Shown: piece by piece, positions 34,452 through 48,500 of the stretch
How the letters are laid out: each line of letters opens with the position of its first letter
How positions within the stretch are numbered: the stretch's first letter is position 1
Source of the DNA: Amphiscolops sp. MND2022
Lineage: Eukaryota
DNA length: 64,000 nucleotides
Assembly (NCBI GenBank): GCA_964187785.1
Contig: OZ076413.1
Coordinates: 47,494,001 to 47,558,000 of the forward strand
Direction: 5' to 3'
The notes under the pieces: model-generated
The model's database searches: none
Told to the model about the DNA's origin: nothing
Seen by the model: the letters and a program-made list of their open reading frames with translations, nothing else
Translations under genes and position numbers: made by a program

Positions 34452-36996
34452 GTTTACAATGAAATTCAAGATGAGATGTAAATTTTACTTTATATGTGAA
34501 TATGAATTTATAATATCCCCAGGTATATACGCTGATTAAGTATTAGGGTGTCTCACGTATTAGGGAAGACTGATGATTTGTCATGCGAATTTCGCAGATC
34601 ACGATTATACAATGTGGAACTAACGTTCACAACACTTACTGATACTTACTATTTTTTTGAATTTTTTCTTTATATTATATATAATCTAGGCAAAAAATTC
34701 GAAGAGTAAAAAAAGTTTTTTTTTCGAAAACAGCGACATTTTATTCATTACAGATTCCGAAGAATTAGAAGTATATTTTATTTCATTATTAAATGATTTC
34801 AAATGAAAATGATTCATTTTTGCAGATCATTTCTTTTAGACCGCCACGTAATTGAAAAATATAGATGGGTTTTCATATTTTCATATTACTTTTCAAGCAT
34901 CTTTCGTATATTCCTGAAAAACGTTATTGAGCAACGTACGACGAAGCGTCAACTAAGGTCAAAACAATCTAAAAACGCTGATAATTTAGTTGTATCTTCT
35001 TTCTCCAGTTATGAAAATAAAGTTTTTTCGAGTCGTAAAAAGTGGCATAAAGGACTCTGGAAAACCTTTTCTGTAGTTCAGCTAACACGATGAGTCAGGC
35101 TTTCAAAGAGATATTCTTATGAGTCATTGCAGTTCTTCTAAGTAACGGCATTTGAGTAAATGAACCACAAAGCAGTCGATGAAGAATTTGTGTTTTTTTT
35201 TGAAAAAAAAAACCAATTGTGAATGAATTTGAGCACTAGGCAATTACTACACGCTGCCAGAAATTAGAATGAAGAAAGTAAAACTCTAATGGCAATCGAT
35301 TGGTAAATTTGAGATGGAATTATTCCATTACAGGTTGACTTTGATAAGAGCTGTAGCGTCAGTTGCAAAAACTAGGTTTGAAGGTAATTGAAAACAACTT
35401 GAATGTCTGAAAAAGAAAAGACTTGAAAATGTAAGAAGTGGAAAATCGCGCGGGCAGCGAAATAGATTCTGGAGGTACTTCAAAGGGTGAACGTACCCGG
35501 ATGAATGAGTAATTTTGCAGGAGATTGACTATAGTATATGTTTAATGTAATGTCAGAAGTTGGTTTTGAATGGCGAAAAAGCATTAGGCAGGTAATTTGA
35601 GGATTTTTTTGAACAATTTAAACAACTATGATTCTAACGTCTTCAAAAGGCAATGTTTACTTGTCAGAAAGCAAAAAAGACTTTCAAGTACCAACAAATG
35701 AACAAATAAAAAAACGGATAGAATTGACTGATTATTTGACGTGTTTTTCCACTTTTCAATTGTTTCTACGGGAACAACAAGAAAAACATCATCTTCCAAA
35801 AGACAACAATATTTTTTGTAAGCCGTGTTCCAACTATACTGTTTGGAATTTTTTATTGGGCCGTTTCTATTGGCTGAGAAAAACATTTGGTCTTGACCAA
35901 GCTACACCAACTTGCTTGAATGCGAATAATAAACGCAAATCTATTTGTGTTGATTTTTCACCATTCATTTCCCAGATTACTTTTAGTGTGATCAATGTGT
36001 AGCCATCCAGTTGCATAATTTATGCAATTGAAACATGAATTATTGAAAAGAGCATAAAAATTACAGAATCTTACAACGTTCGGAAGAATTCTCCAAGCGA
36101 AGTCGATTTGAAGAATTGTTAAAATTTCATAATCTTTTGTGCACTACATAAAAGTTTTTGGTCAATAATTTCGTGAACACTCGCTGTTTTTTTGTGAACA
36201 ATCGCTTAAAGTCTGTCCGCATTTGTCCAAGTTAGACGAAAAAAAACATGAAAAAATGAAGAAAGCTTTCAAAAGATCAAAAGAAGTGCTTATAAGTCAT
36301 TTTAATTATAATCGTGACACCGAATATTAAATTGCGCAGTGGAATATTTTTGTTGGTCCAATGCCTTTCACCAATAATTCTATTTGAATATTGCTTGTTT
36401 CATGGAAAGTATTTATTTGTTCGCTAGGGATGATGAAAAGAACATAAAAAGAGCTCAACAATCAAAAATTCGAATAAAATTTGAATTGTTGGAAAGAAAC
36501 CAGCTATGGATGAAAATTAATGCCGTGTTGAGAGATTTTTCAATCCGCGATTCATCACATATGGTGAACAAATTCAGTTAATTTCCATATCGGTTCCATT
36601 TCTTGGCACTGAATCCAGCCAATATTGCTCACGCTCCAAGCCAAGTGTGACCAAACTAGGAAGAAACTGGATACTGGATATTATGATTTCAATACTTCCA
36701 CAGGCATCCGTGGTATATCATTCACTGCCACACAATCTGCTGTTTAGAGCAGCAAAGAAGATATACCAACAGATTTCGAAATTGAACTCAGTTTTTTCAA
36801 CTATCGTCTGATCGAACCAAATGATATTCCCTGAAATGAGAAATGAGAGTTTTCGAAATCAGCTCGTTCGTAGTAATTTGGACTGTAAAGTTTTATGGTG
36901 CAATCACGAAAAATAATACTGTGGTCTCAAAAACTGTGAAAGAGCAGCATTTATTCACATCCAAAAGTTTTGATGACCACTGATAAATACATGCAC

Positions 36997-37300
36997 TAGT
37001 CGAGACTGTTGGCATTTTTTAGATGCTGCAGGCCTGAATGCAGGGCAGTTTCAAACAAAACCTAAGATATTCAGTAAGCCTCCGGCAGTAAATCTTGTAA
37101 GATTACACTGCAGTTTCCACTACTCAAATTAAAATAGGAAATTTTCGCGCTGCGTTACCAACACAACACGATCATATTGTTTTCGCACATTGATTTCTCA
37201 ACTACTCTTCCGATGTAATCACCGCTTCCTGAATTCTCGAATAGCACCCTGAAAGAGATGCTAGTTTGTATTAAAGTTAACTTGGATTTAAAATGGCGAT
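36997..37300 (+). repeat. dispersed repeat related to the hAT arm at 17723
   Basis: Starts TAGTCGAG and shares TTGTAAGATTACACTGCAG...CCACTA and GAATAGCAC blocks with 17820-17990. Right end approximate. Confidence 0.55.
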
Positions 37301-38261
37301 TAACTTCAAATTCTCAGCTGGATTCCAAAATAGAAACCAGCAGCAAAACATCAAGAAATGTATTTGCCGGCCAACTCGGGATGTTTATTTTGAGCAGCTT
37401 GAAAAAAAATTGGAAACATCAGGGAGATATATTAACACGTGAAAGTTTTGCTGAATCTTGATAAAAGTTAGTGTCAATTTTCAAAAACATGTCAAAAGGT
37501 CCAGCAGTTTGACTTAGAGTGTAGTTTCCTCTTTCCAGATATAAAAAGCACGCACGCGTATTTTGATCTATCGTTAATGATTTATTGATATATTGGATTC
37601 TTGTCCAGCTATCTAAAATTATCTTTGTCGGGTCTGTGGCCCGGTAGTTTTTTAAATTCAGGAGACTCTGTCAGTTTTAATTTAACATTTTTTCTACCTT
37701 TTCAAAATTTCGAGGTAGTGTCATCTTCAGGAGAAGCAACGTGGCTAAATGTGATTGCATAAATTGACTACATGAGCAGGTAAAATGTCGAAACTGAGCG
37801 ATCGAGACAATGATGGGAGAGAAGTATTCCTTTTGCAATTCGAATTGATCATCGATTTTGAAAATTCATAGTGTACCTTTTAAGTTCATCGGCGTATGGG
37901 TAAAGGAGTTATCCAACTGGATTGGTAGAATTTCAAAATGAACACACAGATTTAAAAAAAAGTCAGTTAAACAAAAGACAATCAAGTTCGGCAATCAGAA
38001 AAATTTAGGTTTGAATTTACATCCAGCCTATCGTTTGCATTGTTTAGCCTTTTGGTTATTAGGTAATAGGAAAATAGGTAATTACTCAAGTATAGTTTTC
38101 ATGTAGAACTTGAATTTCCTTGTGTTGAACTTGAAATTCGCGGCTTGAACTTGAATGTTCAGATTAATGAATTTGATTTGCAAAAGGTAAATTACCAGAT
38201 TTGATTGAAACTGTGCACTGTGGATCGCTTTCTGCAAAATTTCACCGGGGAGGCATCATTA

Positions 38262-38946
38262 CAGTGCCAAAAGTGGGTATTTTGAATTTTTACAGTGGAT
38301 TTCGCTGGACGGCAGTTTTGGGAAGCACTCAGCGTAATCCACTGACAAATGATGTTACGTTGCAGTCGATTCCACTATTTTGCAGATTTCTTTGCAGTGA
38401 ATTTCGCTGCAATGCTTTGGATTACACTATCAAGTACCCTAAACATTCGGAGCTTTCACATAATCAACATAATTTCACAGGATTTGAGAGTTCAAAACTA
38501 ATTTAACATGGTTGAAGTGTTACATGATTGGAGTGGATTACGAACTTTTCTTACCGTGTCGTGGGTTCCACTTTGGCTTACAGTCAATTCCACTCGTTTT
38601 GCAGTCAATTCCACAAGTTGAAAAGCGGTATCGACTGTACGCCAAAGTGGAATTGGCTGCGAGCGAAAATGGAATCCACTGTAAGCCGAAGGGGAATCCA
38701 CTGCAATTTTCAGTGAATTTCGCTGAAAGTTGAAATACGCTGACGCGATTGGTTCAATTCAGTTGGCAGTGAAAAGCGGTGGATTCCGGTGCACGCATTT
38801 TTGTACATTAGCTAGATATGTTAGTGGAATCCAAAACAGGCTACAGCGGAATCCATCGAAAATCAGTGAAATACATGCTTAAAAATATGTCAGTGGATTT
38901 CGGTGACTTAATAGCACAAAAGTGTACTAACCCACTTTTGGCACTG
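38262..38946. mobile_element. Tc1/mariner-type MITE (685 bp)
   Basis: Perfect TIR CAGTGCCAAAAGTGGGT / ACCCACTTTTGGCACTG flanked by TA on both sides; many internal GTGGA(A/T)T / ATCCAC motifs; no transposase. Confidence 0.88.
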
Positions 38947-39771
38947 TAATGATCCTGACGTTTCAAGTTTTTTTGAAGTTGTAAGGCTTTGTAGTATTGT
39001 TGATCAAAGTAGTCAATGCACTTGTTATTTCCATCATTCCACTAAGTTTTGGCATTAATTATACAACGTTCGATAACTCCCTCAATTAGGTACTTTGTTT
39101 CCAGGTTTCTTTGACTGCGGTACCAAAATCAACAATGCTGGATGTTTTTACTTTGTGCAGGTATGCGTGAAGAATGACATTTGGAGATTTTAAAATGGCA
39201 GTGAGCTTTCAGTGGCAAAACTAGTAGAAGGATCATCATATAGTGGTTTACCCTATTGCTAAAAACAATTCAAGTATCTACGCTTCGCACCCAGCACAAT
39301 AACGTTTTAAGGCTTTAATTTGTCAACTACTCAAGTGATGCGGTCACCATCTCTATGTTTGCACGCTGACAAGGACACTATGTTGCTGTACCTATTGTGC
39401 TTTGTTCCTTTACATTAAACGGTAATTGACGGTAAAACATATATGACATTACAACAGCTTCTAAAAATATAAATACAGCACCAAAAACCTGTGAAAAATC
39501 ACTTACTTTTCTAATGACTTCTTCAGCATATTAACAAACGCTAAATAAAAACATTATTGCATGAAAGCTTTTTAAAAATCTGAAGAAACAGCTTTAGCCT
39601 TTACAGCAAAGGTAAAATTTTCAAGCAGAAAGAAATTGTCAAATGATAGCTCAAGCTTCACTGTCATTCTTTGACTTTTTTGCCTTGAATGAGCACCTAA
39701 TTTCAAGAATGGTTTAGGGTGTCAACCGAAATAACGTGTTTTGCATAGAAATCGAAGTTGCTTCATTACCC

Positions 39772-40020
39772 TAGTCGAAGTTGCCGGGAAGTTTTACAGG
39801 CACCTTCAAAAAATGCCGGCTAATTTTTTATAAAACATGGAAAATTCAGGGACCATGCATGGAAACATTTCACTATTTGAGTTAAAATTGAAAACATTTC
39901 CACTTCTTCACCACCGCGATCACTTTGTTTTCACGCATAAATTTCTCAACTAAGTACCTTATGTGAACACCGTTAGTCAAATAGCACGCTGAATGTGACG
40001 CTACTTTGAAACTTATAATG
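39772..40020 (+). repeat. dispersed repeat, close copy of 17723-18000
   Basis: Starts TAGTCGA; 39813-40017 aligns with 17764-17990 with one short deletion. Confidence 0.75.
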
Positions 40021-40374
40021 TGACTGAAGTTTATTTGCATTGAAAGTAAAATGTCGCGGTAAAGTAAATTGCATCGCGGTAAAATTGACGAAGGTCTCAG
40101 CTGCTTTCAAAATTAGACAGGCGTCTTTATGAAACCTGCAAAACTTCGCGGCTCAGAATTGCCGCCAAATTTAGGATGCATCTTATAGGCAGCTTGATAA
40201 ATTTAAATTACATCAGTGAAGTTTTAATGCATGGAGGTTTCCTTGAGAATTTTATAAAATCATGAAAAAGTAACTTGGTAACCTACAAAAACTTGTAAAT
40301 AGTTCAAGCAGTTCCAACCAGGGTAACTACATTTCCGGAGCGACCACTATTCTGCCATTATGTAATGAGAACTT

Positions 40375-41353
40375 CCCAGGTTGACCCTCCATGGATATCT
40401 TAGTAAGATCTTGTCAAGATCTTAGAACAATCTTGGCTAAGATCTTGCCATGGTACTCATTTTGCCATGGTACTCATTTTGCCAAGGTAAGATCTTATCA
40501 AGAGAGCCATGTTCCCAAGAAAAATTTTATTGTAAAAGCCAGAAAAAATCTGAAAGGAAGTCAACAAAACTCAACATCTATGCAGATTTACATTGTTAGA
40601 CATGACAATTTTCTGTTCGCAAGGTACAAAATTCGAAGAGTCCTGATGATATTTAGGGAGTCACTGATTAAATTGTTCTGTCAATTGCAAAACTGTCGCC
40701 AACAACGGCGTCAGAGAAGCCTCGAGCTGAATCATATTCCAAACTGCGATTATGACCGTTTCTAGCAGTAATAAGGCTGCTGAAACAGGCTCATAGAAAA
40801 ATGAAGATATGATTATACAAAAATTTCGGGATTTTTAGGTGTTTCCTATGTAACTTTCCGATAGTGGCTCTGGACGTTTGGGAGCATTTTTCTCCGTCTC
40901 TGGAATCGACAGGAATGATGAATTACAAGTTTTGAAAAGCCCTTGAAATTGCCTTTCATTTGGTACATTCGGCATTTTTCAGTCTTAAACAGGTGAGGAG
41001 TTATTAGGATTCTCGTCAGAATTTTGGAAGCCAAAATACGTTATCGTAATTTTTCACGCATTTTTGCATGCAAATTCATTTCAGCGGGTTGAAGCATTTT
41101 GATTATGAAAACGTCGTCGTAGGGTGAAATGAGCCTTCAGATTGAGTCTCAGCTGCTTGTACTGAAGATATAGTGTTTTTTATAATCTTAGAATTTTGTC
41201 CATCGTGATAAGATACGATCTTGGAATATTGTATTATCTTAGTAAGATCTTAGTAAGAATCTTGCCATGGGATCCATGGTTGCCAAAATGTAGTAAGAAT
41301 TTGGCAAGATCTTGCCAAGACAGCCAAGATGCAATTAAAAGGGTCAACCAGGG
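40375..41353. mobile_element. non-autonomous TIR element with CCC...GGG termini (CACTA/CMC-like MITE)
   Basis: CCCAGGTTGACCCT / AGGGTCAACCAGGG inverted termini (1 mismatch), TT on both flanks, and subterminal clusters of AAGATCTT palindromes at both ends. Superfamily inferred. Confidence 0.7.
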
Positions 41354-42041
41354 TTGCTATGTTGAGATGCTATGTTACCGCAAATAGTATCCACTGAATA
41401 TTCTTGGTTTACTTTTGTCTTTCAACCTCAAAAACGCCAAGATCAACTTTTCTTTTTTTGACATTTTCAAACAATTTGTCAACCTTTTGTGACATTGAGA
41501 AAGTTACCATGTAACTATGTTTTAAACTTGAAGACAGTTTGGGTCTTTGAAGACAGGTTTTGCTTTTGGGAGATAGTATTTAAGTGTTACCATCTGTTCA
41601 ACGTTTACCCGTGGATTTAGCTAATTTTTCATTTCATTTTCTTTCTTCTTCGTTCTTTATTTTTGACTATTGAAACAATTGGTGTGCTTGAATTATATTA
41701 AGGCTTCCGTGTTTTTCCAGAGAAGTTTATCGTTGTTTTTTGTTGTTCAGAGGCTTTCAAGATCCACAATGCTGACAACCAATTATTTGGCTACTTAGGG
41801 TATTTTAGTGTTGAGAAGTTTACCTTTCGTTCTTGAAATGCGGACAATAATCCAAAAAGTGTGAAAATTCCCCATTACCTGTTTGTTCATATGAGTGCAC
41901 AAATTTCGTTTTTTTTTCTGATTATGAGCTATTCAGCATTTTTTTTCATAGAGCCTAATTCACAACTTGCGACTTGAACAAAAAGTCACACTTTCATTTC
42001 TTGAACTTTTGTTCAGGTTGCGAACGTTATCCTTGGCATAC

Positions 42042-42340
42042 TGTTGAGAGTGACTTTCAAAATTCACATGAATGAAAACTCATCGATGAAAACTAGTGAC
42101 TTGAAACTTGAAACTGCTGAACAAATGTCTTGAAACTGTTGAAAACTTTCTGATATCTCTAAAATTTGATGAATTTCTTTCGTTACTCCGATTTTCCTCT
42201 CACAGCAAAGCAAACTGACCAAGATTTCTGAGACGGGTCAAAATTCTTTGTGTTTTTAAATTTTCTTTGTCCCCCTCAGAAATCTGGGCCAAATCGGTAA
42301 CCGGCCATCAACGGAAACCAACGAAACAGCATTTTTTCCA
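42042..42340 (+). repeat. 5' LTR (299 bp)
   Basis: Direct repeat of 49453-49751. Confidence 0.95.
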
Positions 42341-42355
42341 TGGTGCCGCGACTAG
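42341..42355 (+). promoter_or_regulatory. primer binding site, tRNA-His-like
   Basis: TGGTGCCGCGACTAG directly after the LTR resembles the tRNA-His PBS TGGTGCCGTGACTCGG. Confidence 0.8.
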
Positions 42356-42525
42356 TGTGAAGTTCCCTTTGGACCTTTTTAGCAGTTTGGAGCTGTCGTC
42401 CTCTGGAGTTTCGTCATCTACACTAACCCGGTGAGCTTGTTCCAAAAAGCACGCTTCACGTGCGAAGGGTTTTTTTAAGTTTTGCAATTTTAAACCATAG
42501 TTCAATTAAAGTGACGAAATTCATT

Positions 42526-45500
42526 ATGTCAAAAAAACTGCTTCGAAGCAGAAACTCACTAAAAGAGGAGCTCGAAGAGGCACAAGAGAGGCTCTTGTCT
42601 TATGTCAGGCGGGTTGGACGATATGCTCAAGTTGAAAAACAATAACAATTGAAAACATGTGAAGAGATACTTTCACGGGCTGTTGAGAAAAACCTCCAAC
42701 TAATTGAAAGCGCTTAGCAAGAATCCGAAAAGGAACTATAACGGCAATGGATTAGCAAAACTACTGACGAAAATAATGCATTTTGTGCTCCAGCTAGAGA
42801 ATACTTGAAACAGTCGAAATCAACCAGTGATACGCTCAGCAGCATAGTCAGAAAGTCGACAAATTCCACAGCATCGTCGGAAAAACTCCCACTTGAAGCT
42901 AGCTTACGTCTACAAGAACTAGAACGGCAAGCCGAAGGGAACATTCGTCTTGCTAAAGCAAAAGCTGACTTAGAGTTGATGCAACTAGAAGAAGAAAACC
43001 GACGGCAAGTAGCAGATGCAAAAATTCTTGAAGAGCTACTGGAATTTGACGAAACTATTTCTAAGAAGAAATCGAGTAGTACGTCCTACAAATCATCTAT
43101 TCAGCGAACTGAAAATTGGGTCACTGAAGTTGCAGAAACATGTTTTCAACAACCAAGGGTTGATACCGAAATCAATCCAATCGTCACCGAAGCCGTTCAT
43201 GTGAACGCTAACTCAGTCCCGGAAGATGTTCATAGAGTACGATCAGTTCTAGTTAGTCAACCAGTCTCCGCTTCTACGCAGTCTCAAGGTACTTTGCCTG
43301 ATTTGGAACGGATCCAACTACACAAGGAAGCCCACTTCGCCTCTCAAGCGAAGTCATTTCACGTACAAAAACCCATCTCACAATTTGACGAAGCCCTCTC
43401 CGACTTGTCTCTTAAAAAGAACAATTTCAAGAAAATTACACAAAACGATCCTTTCGAAAACAACCAAAAGTCAACTCCATCGCATCAGCATACATCAGTT
43501 CGCGATGGCAATGGCGAAGACAGTCCTGAGACAAATGTCAGCGTAAGGCCTGTCATCCACGAAAGTCATTGGCCGCAGACTAACATACCAGAAAAGGCAG
43601 AAATCTTCAATCAGCAATCGACCAAAAGACCGCCAGCAGCTGTTCCAGAACCTCCCGCAACACGTATTACAGTTGACGATTTTGCAGCAAGCAGTCACGT
43701 TCATAAAGTTTTGCCCTCAAATGAGCTACCGAAGCATTTAAACGTGTGCACCGCTACCTGTTATAGCAATTTTCAGCCGATATCTCAACACAACGTTGAT
43801 CAATCGTCAAAAACAACTTGTTTTTCAAACCTGTTTCTAGCCCAACAGCCAATCCTATACAACACTTCTCCTCAACAGTCAGCCGCTTTTCATCCATCAG
43901 TTTCCTACCGACAAGAATCTGTTCAGCCGATAGCAACTACTTACCAACCGTTAGGTTCTTATCAACCAGCGCTTGATATACCGACTTTCAACACAAAACT
44001 TTCAGTTCCTTACCGACAAGAAGCTGACTGTCTCTACCGAACCGCCCATCAGACACCAGTTGCTCACCGTCAAGTAAATGAAGAACATCGCCCAAACACC
44101 CATGCTAACAGTCACAACTCACGTGGTAACCCTACTACCGTCAATCAACGCCCAGCTGTTTCTTACCGACAAGGAACAGACAACCCGCAAACAGTACCGT
44201 CAACTTTAACTTAGCCGAACTTCTCGCTTTTAACAAGCGGGATCCATTGCCCGAAAGGAAGTTAAGTTGCTTCGATGGAAACCCTCTGGATTGGTTCGAA
44301 TGGTTTGGCCAATTCAAAAGTGCCAACGATTCTTCTCACCTCTCGAATGATGTCAAATTAACTTACCTGAAAACGTTAGTTTCGGGAAAAGCTAAAGCCG
44401 CTATTCAACAATTTGCCTACTGTGGAACAATGTACGACGAAGCACTTCGAACCTTGCAAAGGAAGTTTGGACAACCACAGGCAGTTGTGTCAGCATACTT
44501 GGAGAAACTTTCAAAGTACCCGCCCGTGAAAATACACTCATCGGAAAGCATCATAGACTTCGCTACAACAATGGGAAGTCTTGTTGGTGTTTTCAAATCT
44601 CTTAGATACGAAGCTGATTTGAACAGCACCAGCGTTTTGAATCAAGCTGTAGCAAAACTTCCACCCAACCTCAAAGAAGCATGGTCATGTTTCGCTGTCA
44701 AACAGTCTCAAGAGCGACCGTCACTTCAAGAGTTCAACACATGGCTTCAGCAAAAAACCGAAGCTCATGATCGCATGCAGACTTTTCAATCTCAGCCATC
44801 GTCGTCGCCAATCTACAGCAAGCAGCCGAGCCAATTACCCCAGCAGTCGAAGATCAAATTCACCCAAGTCTTTCTCGTCATCCACAAAAGAGAAACACGA
44901 AAACAGCGACTATCAACAACACCTCTGTCCTATGTGTTCAGGAGCTCATTTGCTGTACCGCTGCAGCAAATTCCGCAACCAAACTCCAAACGAACGCATC
45001 AGGTTTGCAGTTGAGAAAAAATTGTAATTCTCATGTATACAAAGAACACATTCATTCCACCAATGCCCTCCGAAATACTCGTGTCCAAAACAAGGATGCA
45101 AAAGCTCTCACAGTGCTTTGCTTCATGGGGCAGAACGCGTGTTCTCAAAGTCAACATCATCAAGACCGCAGCTTCAAAACACAGAAGAATCTTCATCGAA
45201 GAACTCTACAATCGCAGCCGCAAAATTTTGTAAAGGTCTTCTGCAGATAGCAGAAGTTACCATCTCGTATAAGGGTAGAAATCGAAGAGTCCTTGCGATG
45301 CTGGATTCTGGAAGTACCCACACTTGGATCGCCGAAAACATTGCCGAAAAACTCGGTCTGCCCGGAGAAGAGCATACCATTCGACTTTTTGGCATCAACA
45401 ACGAAGAAGACTTACCAACAAGACGCGTAGTTTTCAACGTCACCGCAGCACATCCTAGTGATATGCAACTTTCCTCACATGAAGTCTACGCTTACACAAA

Positions 45501-48500
45501 AGCCAACCTTAGCCTTGTAAGGTTTCATATAATGTCACAACCTTGAAGAAGACATATCAACAGCTGAAACTGTTGCCAAACGTCGTCGTCAACTACCAAG
45601 ACGTTGTCCTACTTCTTGGTCAAGATGCCAACGAGTGCATCCAACCACTTGAATACAGAGCCGGTCAGCCCATCCAACCTATCGCAGTGCGCACAGCCCT
45701 TGGCTGGGTCCTGAGTGGTCCTGTACCCAATCAAGCCTTGACAGAATGTTCAACCTTTAAAGCCGTCACCACTGAAGATCAACACCTAGCCAACCAGGTT
45801 CAACATTGGTGGCAACTAGAGTCATATGGTTCCAGCAAAACTGGTGACTCACAATCATTGGAACATCAGTATGACTTGAAGATTTTGGAAGCTACAACAT
45901 ATCACGATGGAAGTTGCTACGTCGTGAGAAGGTTGTGGTCTTCTGAAGCGTTCTCTTTGCCGAACAATTAATACTACGCCTTAGCACAGCTTCGAACTTT
46001 GGAAAAACGCCTTGAGCGAGATCTAGCGCTGAAAGAAAGATATGCCAGCACAATCAAAGAAGACATACAGAAAGAGTTTGTGATAGAAGTGCCCTCTACA
46101 GAAATTTTTGAAACAACGTCTCCTCGTCAATGGTATTTACCTCACCATCCAGTACAACACCCCCTCAAACCGGACAAACTTCGTCGAGTACTAAATGGAG
46201 CCGCAAAATTCCGCGATGTTTCGCTAAACTCAGCCCTTCTTCGTGGACCTGTTCTTCTGCAAAGTGTGCTACAAATTTTGTTAAGGTTTCGACAACACCA
46301 ATATGCCGTCTCAGCTGACATAGAAGGAATGTTCCTTCAAGTAGGAGTACCAGAAAAGGACCAACCAATTTACAATTCCTCTGGAGAGAAACTCCTTCAG
46401 AAGTAATCAAAGTCTAGCAGTACACACGTCACATCTTTGGTGCAAAGGACAGCCAACTTGCGCCAACTACGCCTTGAACAGAACTGGCGTGGACAACGCA
46501 GCCAAGTTTCCTGAAGCAGCAATCGCTGTGAAACAAAATTTTTACATGGATGACTATTTAGATTCGCGTCCAACTTTGGAAGGAAATGAGTCACTAGCGA
46601 AAGATCTCATCCAACTCCTTTCAATTGGGGGCTTCAAGCTAACCAAGTGGATCAGCAATGCCTCACTGCTAGCAGACCGCCTAAACACTTTCGCCGATTC
46701 ACATCACAACCGACAAACTCAATTGTCTCCTTCCAGCTCGATAGAAGAAGTTATAGACAAAACCCGAAGAAACACGATGTCATCCCCACGACAGAGAACC
46801 AGTAAATCCACACAACTTGAATCCTCTAAAGTATCTCCAGCCAGTCCGAGATACCACACTACAAGACATAGTACGTTAAAGGTTAACGCAATGGAAAACC
46901 TAACAGCAGTGAAAAAGATGTCATTGGGAGACGCAGTCCACAGTTTACCGTCAGAAGCCAAACATGCCACGTGGCCCGAGTCAACAAAAAACAAGCAATG
47001 CGAAGATTGTCCAAGTTCAGCCTCAATAGTATCACCCGCAACTCCAGCAAACCCATCCGTGCTAGGTTTGCGTTGGAATACCAATCAAGACACCCTGATT
47101 GTTAGTCGTGGAATTACTCCAGACTTGATCGGAAAGACAATTACCCAGCGACTTCAAGTACAAGTTGTTCTTAGTACCGTATCTTCAGTTTTTGATCCCA
47201 TCGGACTAATTGCCCCGTTCACCATACGAGCCCGTCTACTCTTGAAACAACTCTGCAAGAGCACCGGTCAACAATGGGACGAAGAAATACCCGAAGATTC
47301 ACAATCAAAGTTCTTTGAATGGTGTTCTGAACTTGAGAACATTTCAAAAATTGCAGTACCCAGAGCCTTTTTCAGTAAGCCGAACGGACAATACGAGCTT
47401 CATGTTTTTGGCGATGCGTCAGCTGAAGCCTTCGCCGCAGTCGCCTACCTTCGACAGCCAGCTAGTAAGGGAGATAAAACAAGCCAGACAGCTTTCATAA
47501 TTGGAAAAGCCAGAGTGGCTCCAATGAAATTGCTAACTATTCCCAAACTAGAACTTCAAGCTGCTTTGCTCGCATCGCGTTTGAAACGTTTCGTCGAAGA
47601 TTCACTAACGATACCTTTCAACAAAGTCAACCTGTGGGCCGACAGTACCACTGTTTGCCAATGGATTCGAAGTTCTGCTTCAAAACACTCAATTTTCGTC
47701 GCAAATCGCCTTCCAGAGATTCTAGAGCTTACATCAGTGGATCAATGGAAGTTTCTTCCTGGTAGCCTCAACCCTACCGACTGTTCTACCAGGTGATTCC
47801 CTGCAAACAGACTCAATAACTGTTCGTGGATTCATGGTCCATCCTTTTTGAAAGAAGTGTTCATACCAGACTTTGAAGTTTCAACGACTTCCACAGCCAC
47901 AAATCCCAACTCTCAGTTCCAAGCAGAAGAAATTTCGTCTTCAGAGAAAACATGTTCGAAAGAATCAGAAGAAGAAGAAGAAAAAGAAGAAAAAGAAGAA
48001 GAAGAAAAAGAGAAACGACATTCAGCACCTACGATGCCCAGAGAAATGGTTTCTGCCACGCTTCAAGCTAATTATAAGCCACAAGTGGTTCCTTGGAATC
48101 GTTTTAGCAACTACAATAAACTAAAACGAGTTTTTGCATACATTTTGCGCCTACTGCAAAGTCATTATATGTTCCGACAAACTACAAAAATTTTACACCC
48201 TGAAGAATACTTAGCCGCCGAGAAACGAATTTTCGTTCTTTCTCAGAAGGAATCTTTCGCCGAGGAACTCAAACACCTACGGAAGAATCAAAATATCTCG
48301 AGATGTAGCCGTATCATCAAGTTCAATCCCTTCCTAGGATCCGACAACCTTCTGCGATCAACTGGTCGCACATCACGAATGAAAGAAATACCTTTCGAAG
48401 TGAAACATCCAATCATTTGGGACAGTCGACACCCTGCGGTATGCCTACTTCTGCAACACATACATCAGATTCATCTTCATCAAGGGGTGGAATACCTCCG

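Noticed and set aside
36560..36990. Possible upstream exon of the channel gene
   Set aside because: The minus-strand frames I translated (36601-36780) contain stops, and I found no signal-peptide-like exon with clear splice sites.
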